From Cenococcum geophilum (Eukaryota): a stretch of 64,000 nucleotides of DNA. Shown here piece after piece: positions 42,401-56,196 of the stretch. The notes beneath the pieces were generated by a model, which did not search any database, had not been told where the DNA came from, and saw only the letters and a list, made by a program, of their open reading frames with translations. Every line of letters starts with the position of its first letter. The first letter of the stretch is position 1. The position numbers were made by a program, and so were the translations under genes. The stretch is taken from assembly GCA_050273025.1 (NCBI GenBank), contig CP158635.1, positions 7,626,001 to 7,690,000 of the forward strand. Reading direction: 5' to 3'.

Positions 42401-44566
42401 GTTACAGGCGAGAGGTTTTACTTATAGCTACTACTAACCTTCGTTCCCGGCCCTACCTCCTTTAAGGACCTCCATACTGTTGCTAGTATAGTCTATTTAA
42501 CCTTTTAGGCCGCCTACGTGGCTCTAGGGCTACTAAAGAATAATTATAAGTGGATTAATTACTTTACGGAGGCCGCCGTTTTTACCGCTAGCGCCTAGCT
42601 ACGCTCCTTATTTATAACCGCTTTACTTTACGGCCCTATTATGGAGCCAGTTGCTTTATAGGACCGCTTTAAATAGTCTATCTGTGATAATCTGCCTCGC
42701 TTTCTGGCCTACTAACCTAATACTTTTCCTATAGTCGGCAAGGATAATAACGCCTATCTTAATTATAGCCTATACTTTATCTATTAAATACTTGCGGATT
42801 ATTAGAAGACGCTTACGGACTATAGCCTGCCCCAGTTCCAGCGCTAGTGGGGTATTATTACCGAGGTAAGTAACCCGCTTCTTATAGCGGAGCTGCTACA
42901 ATACAACCCTATAGAGGAAAAACGCCAGTTTATTAAGCTACGCTAGCAGCTAAATGCGGATTAGGCAGCGTGCTTTAATACTATTATTGCCGCTATAGAT
43001 ATAGATCCGTAAACCGCCCGCTTCTTTTTCCAGGGCCCTATAGGCACTAGTAAAACGTTTCTTTATTACTACCTCTGCCACTACTACCGCTCGCGCGGTA
43101 AGATTATTCTTTACGTAGCTTCTTCTAGTATTACGGCCCTTTTACTACCCGGCAGCCGTATCGCCTATTCCCGTTTTCGGATACCTATTAATCTATATAA
43201 GGAGTCTACTTACAATATCTCTAAAAGCTTAAATCTGGCTAAGCTCCTACGCTATACCTCTTTACTTATTTAAGATAAGGTGCTAATACAGCACCGCTAC
43301 TACTTTAAAGCCGTATACTATATGCTTACGGATATCCGTTCTAACGACTCTACCTTTAGCGGACTCCCTACTATCTTAGGCGGCGACTTTACTTAGATAC
43401 TGCCTATCGTCCCATAGGGGAACCGCGCAGCTATTATAGGTGCTTGCCTATAGCGGTCGTTCCTCTAGCCTACCTTCTATATCCTCTCCCTATGGTTAAA
43501 TATGCGTGTCCGCCAGGGCGAGATAAACTAGTAGTTTGCCGCTTAGGTGCGAAGCTTATCCTATAATATATCCCTAGCTAATAGGATTGGTATTCTACCT
43601 AGTATAGCCTAGTTCCAGTTCCAAGAATCCTTTTATAGGTATATATACCCTCCATATCTACTTACGCGGGCACACTATAACCTAGATACCTTCCGCGATC
43701 GCGCCATCCTAACTGTTTGTAATAATACCGTTACTGAGATTAATAAGGCTATCCTTACGCAGCTCTACGGCTCCCTAAGCACCTTTTATTCTATAGACTC
43801 TATGGAGTAAAATGGAGCAGAAGAGAGTTATATAGAACTACCGCCAGCAGAGCTCCTGCAGACATTTAACCCTAGTAGCCTACCTCCGTTAAAGCTTTCC
43901 CTAAAGGTAGGCACGCCCGTAATCCTTTTACGGAACCTTTACCCTAAGGAAGGGCTCTATAACGGCACCCGTATAGTTATTACGCGCCTAGGCCGCCGCT
44001 ATATTAAGACTCGGGTACTTAGCGGTACCTTTTACAGGCAGCTGCGGCTAATCCCTCGTATTAAGCTCACCTCTACGGACGGAGAACTGCCGTTTGTTAT
44101 CAGTAGAAGGCAGTTTCCAATCCGGCTATACTTTGCTATAACCGTAAACAAGTTATAAGGGTAGTCTTTTAACTTTATCGGTGTTAATGTACATATACCA
44201 GTCTTTACGCATGGGCAGCTATATGTTGCACTATTAAGAGTAACGGATATACGCGGGCTTTCGCTATTACTGCCGCAGAACGGGGATGGTATAACTGCTA
44301 ATATTATATATCCGGAGGTATTGCTGCACTCTTAGTATTTTACTAGCCGTTACGGGCTAAGACGCGAGGGGACGGTATGGCAGCAGTGGCAGTAGTAGTA
44401 GTAGTGGCAGTGGTAATAGCAGGGCAGTAGTAGGGCAGACTGAGTTTAGAAGGCCAAAAGCCCGCCGCAGGCGCGAGAAATCTGTTAAATTTACCCAAGG
44501 ACCAAAATTGCTGGCTGTAAGTCAGCAATTTTGAAATTTTCCTTGGAAAATTTAACGGATTTCTCG
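39448..44566 (+). mobile_element. Helitron unit 3 (5119 bp)
   Basis: Collinear with units 1 and 2. Holds the least mutated copy of the 3' hairpin (44474-44566). Confidence 0.95.
39636..44335 (+). pseudogene. RepHel, unit 3
   Basis: Same motifs. VFTHGQLYVALLRV is nearly intact at ~44201-44243. Confidence 0.93.
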
Positions 44567-45029
44567 TCTTATATATACTGAATTAATTTTAAGCGACTCT
44601 TAAGATTGGTTATTTAATTGGTTGTTATTTGTCAGGTCACGTATAGGGTCCGTACTACCCCATTAAATCGCGACCAACTGACCGACCCTTCTACACCTAC
44701 GATGCACTCCCTAGTAGTAGATATATAACAGTTCTATTTATATAGTTTTATAGAGCTTATAAAGCGCTTTAAAATAGCACTACTTTTGTCTATATATCTT
44801 AAGGCTAAGTAATAATATACTAATGTAAAGCTTTAGAGCTCTACGGAAAAAATTTCATAGGGGGTGCACGGAGCTATATACGGAGCTCTGCACGGAGCTC
44901 TGTATAGAGCTCTACTAAAGTTCTATAGGCTCTGCAGATTCTATAAGCTTACAACCTCTTCCTATCCCTTACTGCTCTACTACTCTCTACCTTCTGCCCT
45001 AATTGCTACTTATTATATCTATTACCTAA

Positions 45030-48000
45030 ATGCCTTCCAATTATATATTTTATACTGCCTATAAGCAGTATCGCTCTTCTACTAACTTTACTACGAACTG
45101 TTGTGGAGCTCCGTATAAGACCTATAACTCTTATAGGGTTAATTCTTTATTTCCTCTTTAACTTACTACCTTTCTAACTCTATATATATAGGAGAAGAGA
45201 AATAGGCAGTCCCGACGACCTTTTATAGACCTTCCGTAGCCTATAAACCAAACTATAGCTTCTACTACTTCCGCCGCTGCTTCCGCCGCTGCTTCTCCCC
45301 TTATACTGCCTATATTAATCTAGCCGCAACCACCCGTATTAATCTAGCCGCGACTACCTATATTAATTTAGCCGCGACCTACTACGGTCCGCCCTATCGC
45401 GGAGCAGCTAGATTATAGTCCTACTGTCCACTATATTATGGAGCAGCTAGATCTCGGTCCTATGGACGTTAAGTGCAACTTTTGCGCCGCCCTATATTAG
45501 ATAGATAAACGTGTTAGTATATTATATTTTAGTAATCTACGGTTTAAAGCCTGCTATAAGCACGGCGATATAAACCTCCCTCTATTCTAGCCTCTGCTAG
45601 AATATCTACGCGACCTTTTAGAGTCTTATAGTACTTCTACTAGGCAGTTTAGGGAGCGGCTCCGCGCATATAATGCAGCATTAGCTTTTACGTCTATAAA
45701 CTATACTGTTACTAACCGTAGTATAGCCTATAGTAGCCTAAATTGCTTCTAGATATATAGTGAGCTTTATTATCTATAGGGCCCGCTAGAGCCTCCTACT
45801 AATATTACTCCGCGGTATATATAGCTATACTTTTATAACCCTAGTTATACTATAGATGTCCAGCTACGGGCCTATCCTAATACCTAGCTAGATATAACTA
45901 TTCTGCGGTGCCTTATTACTATGCTATCTAAGGTACGGAACCCTTTTATTACCCTTTATTAAACCGTAAGGGAACGGCTTTAGGCTTAGCCCGTAACGGC
46001 CCTATTACGGATTATCTTAAACCTATAAATACGGCTTATCTTAGAGGCTAGTGCTAATCGCTACTGTAAGAACCTCCTAATAAGCAATAAGGTGGCCGTT
46101 ATTATACCAAATAAATACGGTAATGCTAGCTTCCGCAATATTATACTTGCGGAGCGTTATGTGCCTAATAAGCAGCCGCGTTACTGCCGTATTAACTTAA
46201 CGCATGCCGCATATATGCCGCTCCACTATATACTACTCTTCCCCCATAGTAATACTAGCTGGTACTAGGGTCTCCAGCTACGCAACTCTAATTAGGCCCG
46301 CTAGTGAGACCGTTTAACGCAGTAGGCGTACTTTTAGTTCTACCTATACGTCCGTATTAACTCTAGGTTAGTCCCTTTTACCTACTGCTAGCTATTTTAG
46401 CAGTATATTATAGATATATGGGCGCTTTATAATTAGAATAAGCTTAGCTAGATCTACTCTAACTAAACAACCCTCCGCGCGGAGCTGTATAATAGCATTA
46501 CAAATACTTTTACCCGCTATAATCTGGACCCTTAATTATTAGGCCGCCGCGTAGTTCTTCTATTAAGTTTCCTTAGCGGAGATCGCTTTATTAGGCAGTG
46601 CTATTAGGATTTAATAGCTATTGTCCGTAAATACGGCCGTCTAAGTATATTTATTATGTTTACTGCCAACCCTAGGTAGGACGAGATTACCCGTAAGCTA
46701 CTACCTAGCTAGACCGCTACAGATAGGCCCGATTTAGTTATGCGCGTCTTCTATATAAAAGTTATTTACCTCTTTTACAACCTAAAACGGAAGTAGATCT
46801 TTAGCTAGTACCGCGGCTCTATTTAAACTATTAAGTACTAAAAACGGGACCTACCCTATATATACCTGCTGCTTTTCCTATATCCGTATAACCGCGATAG
46901 GCTGCTAGATCTAGCCGTTATTAACTATTTTATATCCGCGGAGCTTCCGTAGCTAGAGGACAATCCTACTGGTCGTCTTACTAAGATTATAAAGTTAATA
47001 ATAGTTTACGGCCCTTGCGGCTCCTAGAATCCGCGAGCTCCCTATATAGTTTTGCTAAAGCTAGGCCTTCCGCCGACCTACTTAAAGCAGTACCTTAGGT
47101 ATTTTAACCCTACTACTATTATATATAAGGACGGCTATCTAGAATACCGCCGTTATAATAATTAGTGGATATAGTCTGTCCGCTTACCGGGGCCTCTTAG
47201 AGCTACATTTAAAATAGATAACCGCTAGATTATTCTATATAGTCCTTATCTAACTATAAAGTACTATACCTATATTAATGTTAAGATCTACGCCTTCGTA
47301 AAGTCTATTAAGTATATCTATAAGTATATATATAAGGGGAACAACCGTATTACTTTACGGCTTACGGACCGCGATAAGGTAAGCCAGTATTTATAAGGCC
47401 GTTATATTAGCCCCTCTAAGGCTATTTAGCAGCTATTTAAGTTTCCCGTTTATAAGGAGTACCCCCCTATAATCTAGCTTGCGGTATACCTTTTAGGCGA
47501 GTAGCCTATATACTTTTAGCCGAACTAGTCTATAGAGGAAATCTAGCAGCGTCTTAAGCTCTCTAACTTTATATTAATGGCCTTCTTTAAGTATAACGCG
47601 GAGTATAAGGACGGCCGTAACCGCCTATATTAAGACTTCCCTAAGCGGTATACCTTTCTTTTAAAGTAATGGGAGTGGCGTCTACGCCAGCAAGGCTCCG
47701 TAATAGGCCGTATATATTACTGCAGTCCTATTACAGGTAAGAGGTTTTACCTACGGCTACTACTAACCTCCGTTCCCGGCCCTACCTCCTTTAAGAACCT
47801 CCGTACTGTTACTAATATAGTCTATTTAACCTTCTAGGCCGCCTGCGTGGCCCTAGGGCTATTAAAGGATAATTATAAGTGGATTAATTACTTAACGGAG
47901 GCCGCTATTTTTACCGTTAGTACCTAGCTACGCTCCTTATTTATAACCGCTTTACTTTACAGCCCTATTACGGAGCCAGTTACTTTATAGGACCGCTTTA

Positions 48001-49652
48001 AACAGTTTATCTATAATAATCTGCCTTACTTTTTGGCCCGCTAACCTAATACTCCTCCTATAGTCGGCAATAACAATAACGCCTATTTTAATTATAGCCT
48101 ATACCTTATCTATTAGATACTTACAGATTACCAAAAGACGCTTACGGACTATAGCCTACCCTAGTTCCAGTATTAGTGGGGTATTATTGCTAAGGGTAGT
48201 AACCCGCTTCTTATAGCGGAGCTACAATATAACCGTATAGAGGAAGAACGCTAGTTTACTAAGCTACGCTAGCAGCTAAATCCCAATTAGGCAGCGTGCT
48301 TTAATACTATTATTGCCGCTATAGATACGGATCCGTAAACCGCCCGCTTCTTTCTCTAGGGCCCTATAGGCACCGGTAAAACGTTTCTCTATTACTACCT
48401 CTACTACTACTACCGCTCGCGTAGTAAGATTATTCTTTGCGTAGCTTCTTCTAGCATTACGGCCCTACTACTGCCCGGCAGCTGTACTACCTACTCCTGT
48501 TTTTGGATACCTATTAACTTATACAAAGAGTCTACTTATAATGTCTCTAAAAGGTTATATCTAGCCAAGCTTCTACGCCGTACCTCTTTACTTATTTGGG
48601 ATAAGGTGCTAATACAGCACTACTACTACTTTAAAGCCATATACCGTATGCTTACAGACGTCCGTTTTAACAACTCTACCTTTAGCGAACTCCCTACTAT
48701 CTTAGGCGGTAACTTTGCTTAGATACTACCTGTTATCCTATAGGGGAACCGCGCAGCTATTATAGGTGCCTGCTTATAGCGGTTGTTTCTCTAGCCTACC
48801 TTTTATATACTGTCCCTACGGTTAAATATACGTATCCGCTAGGGTAAGGTTAATTAGTAATTTGCAGCTTAGGTACGGAGCTTATCCTACAATACGTCCC
48901 TATCTAGCAGCATTACTATCCTGCCTGGTATAGCCCAGTTACAGTCTAATAAACCCTTCTATGGCTATATATACCCTCCGTAACTACTTACCTAGGTATA
49001 TACTACTCCTAATACCTTCCGCGATCGCGCTATCCTAACTATTCGCAATAATACTATAGCTAATATTAACGAGGCTATCCTTCCGCGGCTTTATAGCTCC
49101 CTAAGCACCTTTTACTTTACGGACTCTGTAGAGCAAAATAGAGAAGAAAATTATATAGAACTGCCGCTAGTAGAGCTCCTGCAGACATTTAACCCTAATA
49201 GCCTACCTCTATTAAAGCTTTCCCTAAAGGTAGGCGCGCCCGTAATCCTTTTACGGAACCTCTACCCTAAGGAAGGGCTCTATAACGGCACCCGTATAGT
49301 TATTACGCGCCTAGGCCGCCGCTATATTAAAACTTAGATACTTAGTAGCAGCTTTTACGGCTAGCTGCGGCTAATCCCTTGTATTAAGCTTACCTCTATA
49401 GACGGAGAACTGCCGTTTATTATTAGTAGAAGGCAGTTTCTAATTTAGTTATACTTTGCTATAACCGTAAATAAGTTATAGGGTTAGTCCTTTAACTTTA
49501 TTGGCGTTAACTTATATATACCAGTCTTTACCTATAGGCAGCTCTATATTACCCTATCTTAGGTTACTACTATAAATAGTATTTTAGTACTGCTTCCCTT
49601 AAATTAAACTATTATAGATAATATTATATATCCAGAAGTTTTACTTACGTGA
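45030..49652 (+). pseudogene. RepHel, unit 4
   Basis: GPIGTGKTF (~48360), Rep motifs at ~46650-46880, ends NIIYPEVLLT-TGA. Confidence 0.92.
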
Positions 49653-49827
49653 TAAGGTATATTATTTTTTTAAATAACTACTTCTATAACTGCCCTATAG
49701 GGTTAGTAAACTATCTATAAATGCCCCACAGGGCCTAGTAAACCCCCCTTTCCTCTACCTTCTACCCCCTCCCCTACTCCTTATACTCCTTAACTATATC
49801 CGCCAAATAGCAGAGCAGCCCTATAAA

Positions 49828-50776
49828 CTACTGGCGCTGCCTAGAATAGGGACAGGCGTAGGTAAGCGGGGCCTCCTCTTCCTTATTATTATCATTATTA
49901 TTATTATCGTTATTATTATTATTATTATCGGCAGTAGCGGTAGTGGGAGGTGCTAAGGCGCGGGAGGAAGCGCGGCCGCGGCGGACTGGTATAGTAGTAG
50001 TAGTGGCGGCGGTGGCTACGGCGGGGGCAGACGCTATTATCTCTATTAGTTATACTTTTTACCATTTATATTACTAACTTATAGGCCCAGAAGAAGCACC
50101 GCGCCCCTTTACTACTATAATAGCAGTTAGTATAGCTACCGCGTAGCTAGCCCGCGACTAATATACACTCTATAAATAGGCCACCGCCCTACGCGTATAA
50201 CGTATAAGCCTACAGGGCTACTATACCCCGGCTTTACGCTAGGGCCGCCTCCGTATTTAGGGCCCTGGCCTTAAGGCGGACCCCCTAATAGACCCTAGGA
50301 GCTCTACCTAGGCTAGGAGCCTACCGTAGAGATATACCCTAAATACGCGGCAGGGGACGCAGCGCCCGCATTATGGCTATATTAGCGGTAGCGGCTTTAG
50401 CGGCGGCAGCGAGCGCGGTAGGAGACGAATTCTGGGGTGGGAGGGCAGCGGGCGGCGGGAGGGCGGCGGGCTGATTAATGGCCGTAAAGCTGGCCGCGGG
50501 GGGAGCAACGGGAGCAGCAGCGGTAGCGGCAGCGGTAGTAGTAAGGGCGGGGAGGGCCCTAGCAGCAGCTGTAGCTACAGCAGCTATTTACATGTTAGTA
50601 TTTTCTTAAATTCTTAAATTCTTTTATAGTACTAATACTTACTAATACGCTTATCTGCTGGGACCGAAGTCCCACACGCAGGCACCCTAGCCTATAACGG
50701 CGGCGGCATAGACGGCGGCACTAAGAGGCGGCGGCATGGACGGCGGCACTAAGAGGCGGCGGCCGGGCGCGGACAT
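49828..50776 (-). pseudogene. two-intron Ala/Pro/Thr-rich gene with a Cys-rich DUF3716-like domain, carried by Helitron 4
   Basis: LNTEAALA*SRGIVAL*AYTLYA*GGGLFIECILVAG*LRGSYTNCYYSSKGARCFF (~50090-50260). Un-RIPed this gives NxEA..QxRG..CxxC..GxGPFxxC..GSCANCHY..RCSF, the DUF3716 pattern as I recall it. Intron 50584-50642 keeps the frame, and a second intron lies at ~50043-50082. Confidence 0.7.
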
Positions 50777-51498
50777 GGCGGCGGCAGCGGCGGTGGTGGT
50801 AATAGTGGTGGTAGTAGTGGTGGTGGCAGCAGCGGTGGTAGCAGTAGCAGCAGGAGTAAGAGCAGAAGACGCAGCAGCAGCAGCAGCGGCAGTAATGGTG
50901 GTGGTAATGGTGCTATTACTTAAGGAAGAAGACGACGACAACAACGACAACGTAAATAGCTATTGTTAATATACGTCACATGATCAATTATATAAATCTA
51001 TATCACGCGATTATCACGTAAAGGCAGCCTTACGTCACCACTATAATAGTAGGCTAGTAGTAGGGCAGTAGCAGGGCAGCAGTAGGGTAGTAGTAGGGCA
51101 GTAGGGCAGTAGTAGGGCAGTAGTAGGGTAGTAGCAGGGCAGTAGCAGGGCAGTAGCAGGGCAGTAGTAGGACTTCGTCTTAAAAGGACTTCGTCCTAAA
51201 GGACAAAAGCCCGCCGCAGGCGTGAGAAATAAGTAAACTTTTCTAAGGAACTGAAATTGCCAGCTGTAAGTCGGCAATTTCAGAAATTTTCCTTAGAAAA
51301 TTTGCTTATTTCTCGTCTTCTATATACTAAGTTTGGGTTAAACCTAATGTTCTAATTGGTTAAAATTTGGTTCGGGTTACCTGATAAAGGGACGTGCTAC
51401 CTCACGTACTACCCTATCAAATTTACGACCTTACGACCTCTTCCTACCCCTTACTGCTCAAATATCTTCTATATATTACCACCCTACCTACTACCTAA

Positions 51499-54400
51499 AT
51501 GCCTTCCGATCGTATATTTTGCAACGCCTATAAGCAGTATCGCTCTTTTACTAACTTTATAACGAACCATTATAGAGCTCTGTATAAGACCTGTAACTAT
51601 TATAGGGTTAATTCTTTATTTACTCTTTTTACCTACTACCTTTTTAACTCTATATAGGATAAAAGAAAGGGACAGTCCCAACAATAACCTTTAGCGGACC
51701 TTCCGCAGCCCGCCGCTACTACTTCCGCCGCTGCTTCTCCCTCTGCTTCCCGCCTTCTTATACCGCCCGTATCGATTTAGCCGCGACCGCGACCACCCAT
51801 ATTAATCCAGCCGCAACCGCAACCACCCGTATCAATCCAGCCGCGACCGTAACCACCCGTATCAATCCAGCCGCGACCGCAACCACCTGTATTAATTCAG
51901 CCGCGACCTACTACGGTCCGCCCTATCGCGGAGCAGCTAGATTGTGGTCCTATTACTACCGTCCGCCATATTACGGAGCAGCTAGATCTTAGTTCTATGG
52001 ACGTTATCTATAACTTCTACGCGGCCCTACATTGGATTAATAAACGTATTAGTACATCACCCGCCAGCAATCTATAGTTTAAAGCCTACTGTAAGTATAG
52101 CGATATAAACCTCCCTCTATTCCAGCCTCCGCCAGAATATTTACGCGACCTTTTAGAGTCCTATAGTACTTCTACTAGGCAGTTTAGGGAGCGGCTCCGC
52201 GCATATAATGCAGCATTAGCTTTTACGTCCGTAAACTATACCGTTACTAACTATAGTATAGCCTAGGGCAGCCTAAATTACTTCTAGATATATAGTAAGC
52301 TTTACCATCTACAGGGCCCGCTAGAGCATCCTACTAATATTACTCTACGGTATGCGCAGCTATACTTTTACGACCCCAGTTATACTATAGATATTTAGCT
52401 ACGGGCCCGTCCTAATACTTAGCTAGATATAACTATTCTATAGTACCTTACTGCTATACTATCTAAGATACAGAACCCTTTTATCACCCTTTATTAAACC
52501 GTAAAGGAACGGCTTTAGGCTTAGCCCGTAATAACCCTATTGCAAATTATCTTAAACCCACAGATATAGCTTATCTTAGAGGCTAGTGCTAATTAGCGCC
52601 GTAAAAACCTCCTAATAAGTAATAAGGTGGCCGTTATTATACCGGACGAGTATGGTGATGCTAGCTTTTACAATATCGTGCTTGCGGAGCGTGGCATACC
52701 TAATAAACCCCCGCGATACTGCCGTATTAACTCAGCACACGCCGCATATATGCCGCTCTACTACGTGCTACTCTTCCCTCACGGTAATACTAGCTGGCAC
52801 TAGGGTCTCTAGCTACGCAACTCTAATTAAACCCGCTAGTGAGACTATTTAACGTAGTAGGCGTACTTTCGGTTCTACCTACACGTCCATATTAACTTTA
52901 AGTTAGTCCCTTTTACCTACTACCGGCTATTTTAGTAGTATATTATAGATATATAGGCGCTATATAATTAGAATAAGCTTAACTAGATCTGCTTTAACCA
53001 AATAACCCTCTATATAGAGCTATATAATGGCGTTATAAATGCTCTTACCCGCCATAATCTGGACCCTACATTATTAGGCTACCGCGTAGTCCTTCTATCC
53101 AGTTTCCTTAGCGGAGCTCGCTTTATTAGGCAGTGCTATTAGGATTTAATAGCTATTATTTATAAATACAGCCGTTTAAGTATATTTCTTATGTTTATTA
53201 CTAACCCTAGGTAAAACAAGATTACCCATAAGCTACTACCTAGGTAAACCGCTATAGATAGGCCCAATCTAGTTATGCGCGTCTTCCGTATAAAACTTAT
53301 CTACCTTATTTATAACCTAAAACGGAAGTAAATCTTCGGCCAGTACCGCGGCTCCGTTTAGATCATTAAGTACTAGAAATAGGGCCTACCCTATATACAC
53401 CTACTGCTCTTCCTATATCCGCATAACCGCGATAGGCTGCTAAACCTAGCTATTATTAACTATTTTATATCCGCGGAGCTTCTGTAGCCGGAGGGTAATC
53501 CTACTAGTCGTTTTACTAAGATTATAAAGTTAATAATGGTTTACAGCCCTTGCGGCTCCTAAAATCCGCGAGCTCCCTATATAGTTTTGCTAAGGCTAGG
53601 CCTTCTACTAACCTACTTAAAGCAGTACCCTAAGCCTTTTAACCCTACTACTGTTATATATAAGGACGGCTATCCAGAATACCGCCGTCGTAATAATTAG
53701 CGGATGTAGTCTGTTTGCTTACTAGGGCCTTTTAAAGCTACGTTTAAAATAAATAACCGCTAGATTATTCTATATAGTCCGTATCTAACCGTAAAGTACT
53801 ATACCTATATAAATGTTAAGATCTGCGCCTCTATAAAGTCCGTTAAGTATATCTATAAGTATATATATAAGGGGAGCGACCGTACCACTTTACGACTTAT
53901 AGATGGCGATAAGGTAAGCTAGTATTTGTAAGGCCGTTATATTAGCCCTTTTAAGGCTATCTAGCAGCTATTTAAGTTTCCCGTTTATAAGGAGTTCCCC
54001 CCTATAATTTAGCTTGCAGTGCACCTTTTAGGTAAATAGCCCGTATACTTTTAGCTGGACTAAACTATAGAGGAAATCTAATAGCGCCTTAAGCTCTCCT
54101 ACTCTACACTAATGGCCTTCTTTAAGTATAACGCGGAGTATAATAATGCCCGTAACCGCCTATATTAAGACTTCCCTAAGCAGTACGTCTTTTATATAAA
54201 GTAATGGGAGTAGTGTCTACGCTAGCGAGGCCTTATAATAGGCCGTATATATTACTACAGTCCTATTATAGGCGAGAGGTTTTACTTACGGCTGCTGCTA
54301 ACCTCTATTCCCGGCCCTACCTCCTTTAAAAACCTCCGTACTATTGCTGGTATAGTCTATCTAACCTTTTAGGCCGCCTGCGTGGCTTTAGGGCTACTAA

Positions 54401-56196
54401 AGGATAATTATAAGTAAATTAATTACTTTACAGAGGCCGCCGTTTTTGCTATTAGCGCCTAACTACGCTTCTTATTTATAACCGCTTTAGTTTACGGCCC
54501 TATTACAGAGCTAGTTGCTTTATAGGACTGCTTTAAATAGTCTATTTATAATAATCTACCTCGCTTTTTAACCCAGCAGCCTAATGCTCCTATAGTTAGT
54601 GAGGATAATAACGCCTATTTTAATTACGGCCTATACCTTATCCATTAGATACTTATAAATCACCAAAAAATACTTACGGACTATAGCCTACCCCAGTTTC
54701 AGCACTAGTGGGCCGTTATTGCCGAGGGAAATAACCCGCTTCTTGTAGCTGAGCTATAGCAATATAACCCTATAGAGGAAGAACGCTAGTTTACTAAGCT
54801 ACGCTAGCAGCTAAATGCCAATTAGGCGGCGTGCTTTAATACTATTATTACCGCTATAGATACGGATCCGTAGATAGCCCGCTTCTTCCTCTAGGGCCTT
54901 ATAGGTACTGGTAAAACGTTTCTCTATCGCTGCCTCTGCTACTACTACCGCTTATATAGTAAGATTGTTCTTTATATAGCTTCTTCTAGCATTACGGCCC
55001 TTTTACTGCCTAGTAGCCGTACTACCTACTTCCGTTTTTGGATACCTCTTAATCTATATAAAGAGTCTACTTATAATATCTCCAAAAGCTTAAATCTAGC
55101 TAAGCTTCTACGCCGTACTTCTCTGCTTATTTAGGATAAGGTGTTAATATAGCACCGCTACTACTATAAAGCTATACACCGTATACTTACGGACGTCCGT
55201 TCTAATAACTCTACCTTTAGCGGACTCCCTACTATCTTAGGTGGTGACTTTACTTAAATACTGCCTGTTATCCCATGGGGGAACCGCGTAGCTATTATAG
55301 GTGCCTACCTACAGCGGTCGTTTCTCTAGCCTACCTTCCGTATACTGTCCCTACGGTTAAATATACGTGTCCGCTAGGGCGAGATAAATTAGTGGTTTAC
55401 AGCTTAGGTATAAAGCTTATCCTATAATCTAGCCCTAGCTAGTAGTATTAGTATCCTACCTGGTATAGCCCTATTATAGTCCTAGGAACCCTTTTACGGG
55501 CATATATACCCTCCGCAACTGCTTGCTCAGGCATATACTAACCCTAATACCTTCCGCGATCGCGCTATCCTAACCATTTATAACGATACTGTGGCTAAGA
55601 TTAACGACGCTATTCTTCCGCGGCTCTACGGCTTCCCAAGCACCTTTTATTCTATAGACTCTATAGAGCAAAATAGGGAAGAAGAAAATTATATAGAACT
55701 ACCACCGGCGGAGCTTCTGCAGATATTTAACTATAGTAGCCTACCTCCGTTAAAGCTTTCCCTAAAAGTAGGCGCGCCCGTAATCCTTTTACGGAACCTT
55801 TACCCTAATAAAGGGCTCTATAACGGCACCCGTATAGTTATTACGCGCGTAGGCCGCTACTGTATTAAAACTTAGATATTTAGCGGCAGCTTTTATAACT
55901 AGCTACGGCTAATCCTTTATATTAAACTTACCTCTACGGAAGAAGAACTGCCGTTTATTATTAGTAGAAGGCAGTTTCTAATCCGGCTATACTTTGCTAT
56001 AACCGTAAATAAGTTATAGGGGCAGTCTTTTAACTTTGTTGGCGTTAATTTACGTATACCAGTCTTTACCCATAGGTAGCTATATATTGCGCTGTTAAGA
56101 GTAATAGATATAGCTAGGCTTTCGCTATTACTGCCATAGGACGGGGATGCTATAATAACTAATATTATATATCCGGAGGTATTGCTATAGTCTTAG
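51499..56196 (+). pseudogene. RepHel, unit 5
   Basis: Same Rep and PIF1 motifs. The longest surviving open stretch is the track ORF 55591-55875 (LSLKVGAPVILLRNL..GLYNGTR). Confidence 0.92.

Larger units (their letters stand above)
44567..51315 (+). mobile_element. Helitron unit 4 (6749 bp), distinct subfamily with a different 5' region and a ~1.5 kb 3' extension
   Basis: Starts TCTTATATATAC directly after the CTCG of unit 3. RepHel at 45030-49652, antisense gene at 49828-50776, variant hairpin at 51223-51315 ending CTCG. Confidence 0.92.

Noticed and set aside
29210..44566. Three 5119-bp units as an assembly duplication artefact
   Set aside because: The copies carry many independent C>T/G>A differences, so they are not identical duplicates. 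Long-read confirmation is still advisable.
50736..51277. Poly-Val/Ala and LLLPCY-repeat ORFs
   Set aside because: They are translations of GTG/GCA and GCAG/GTAG simple repeats. Only the minus-strand frame from 50776 joins the spliced DUF3716-like gene.
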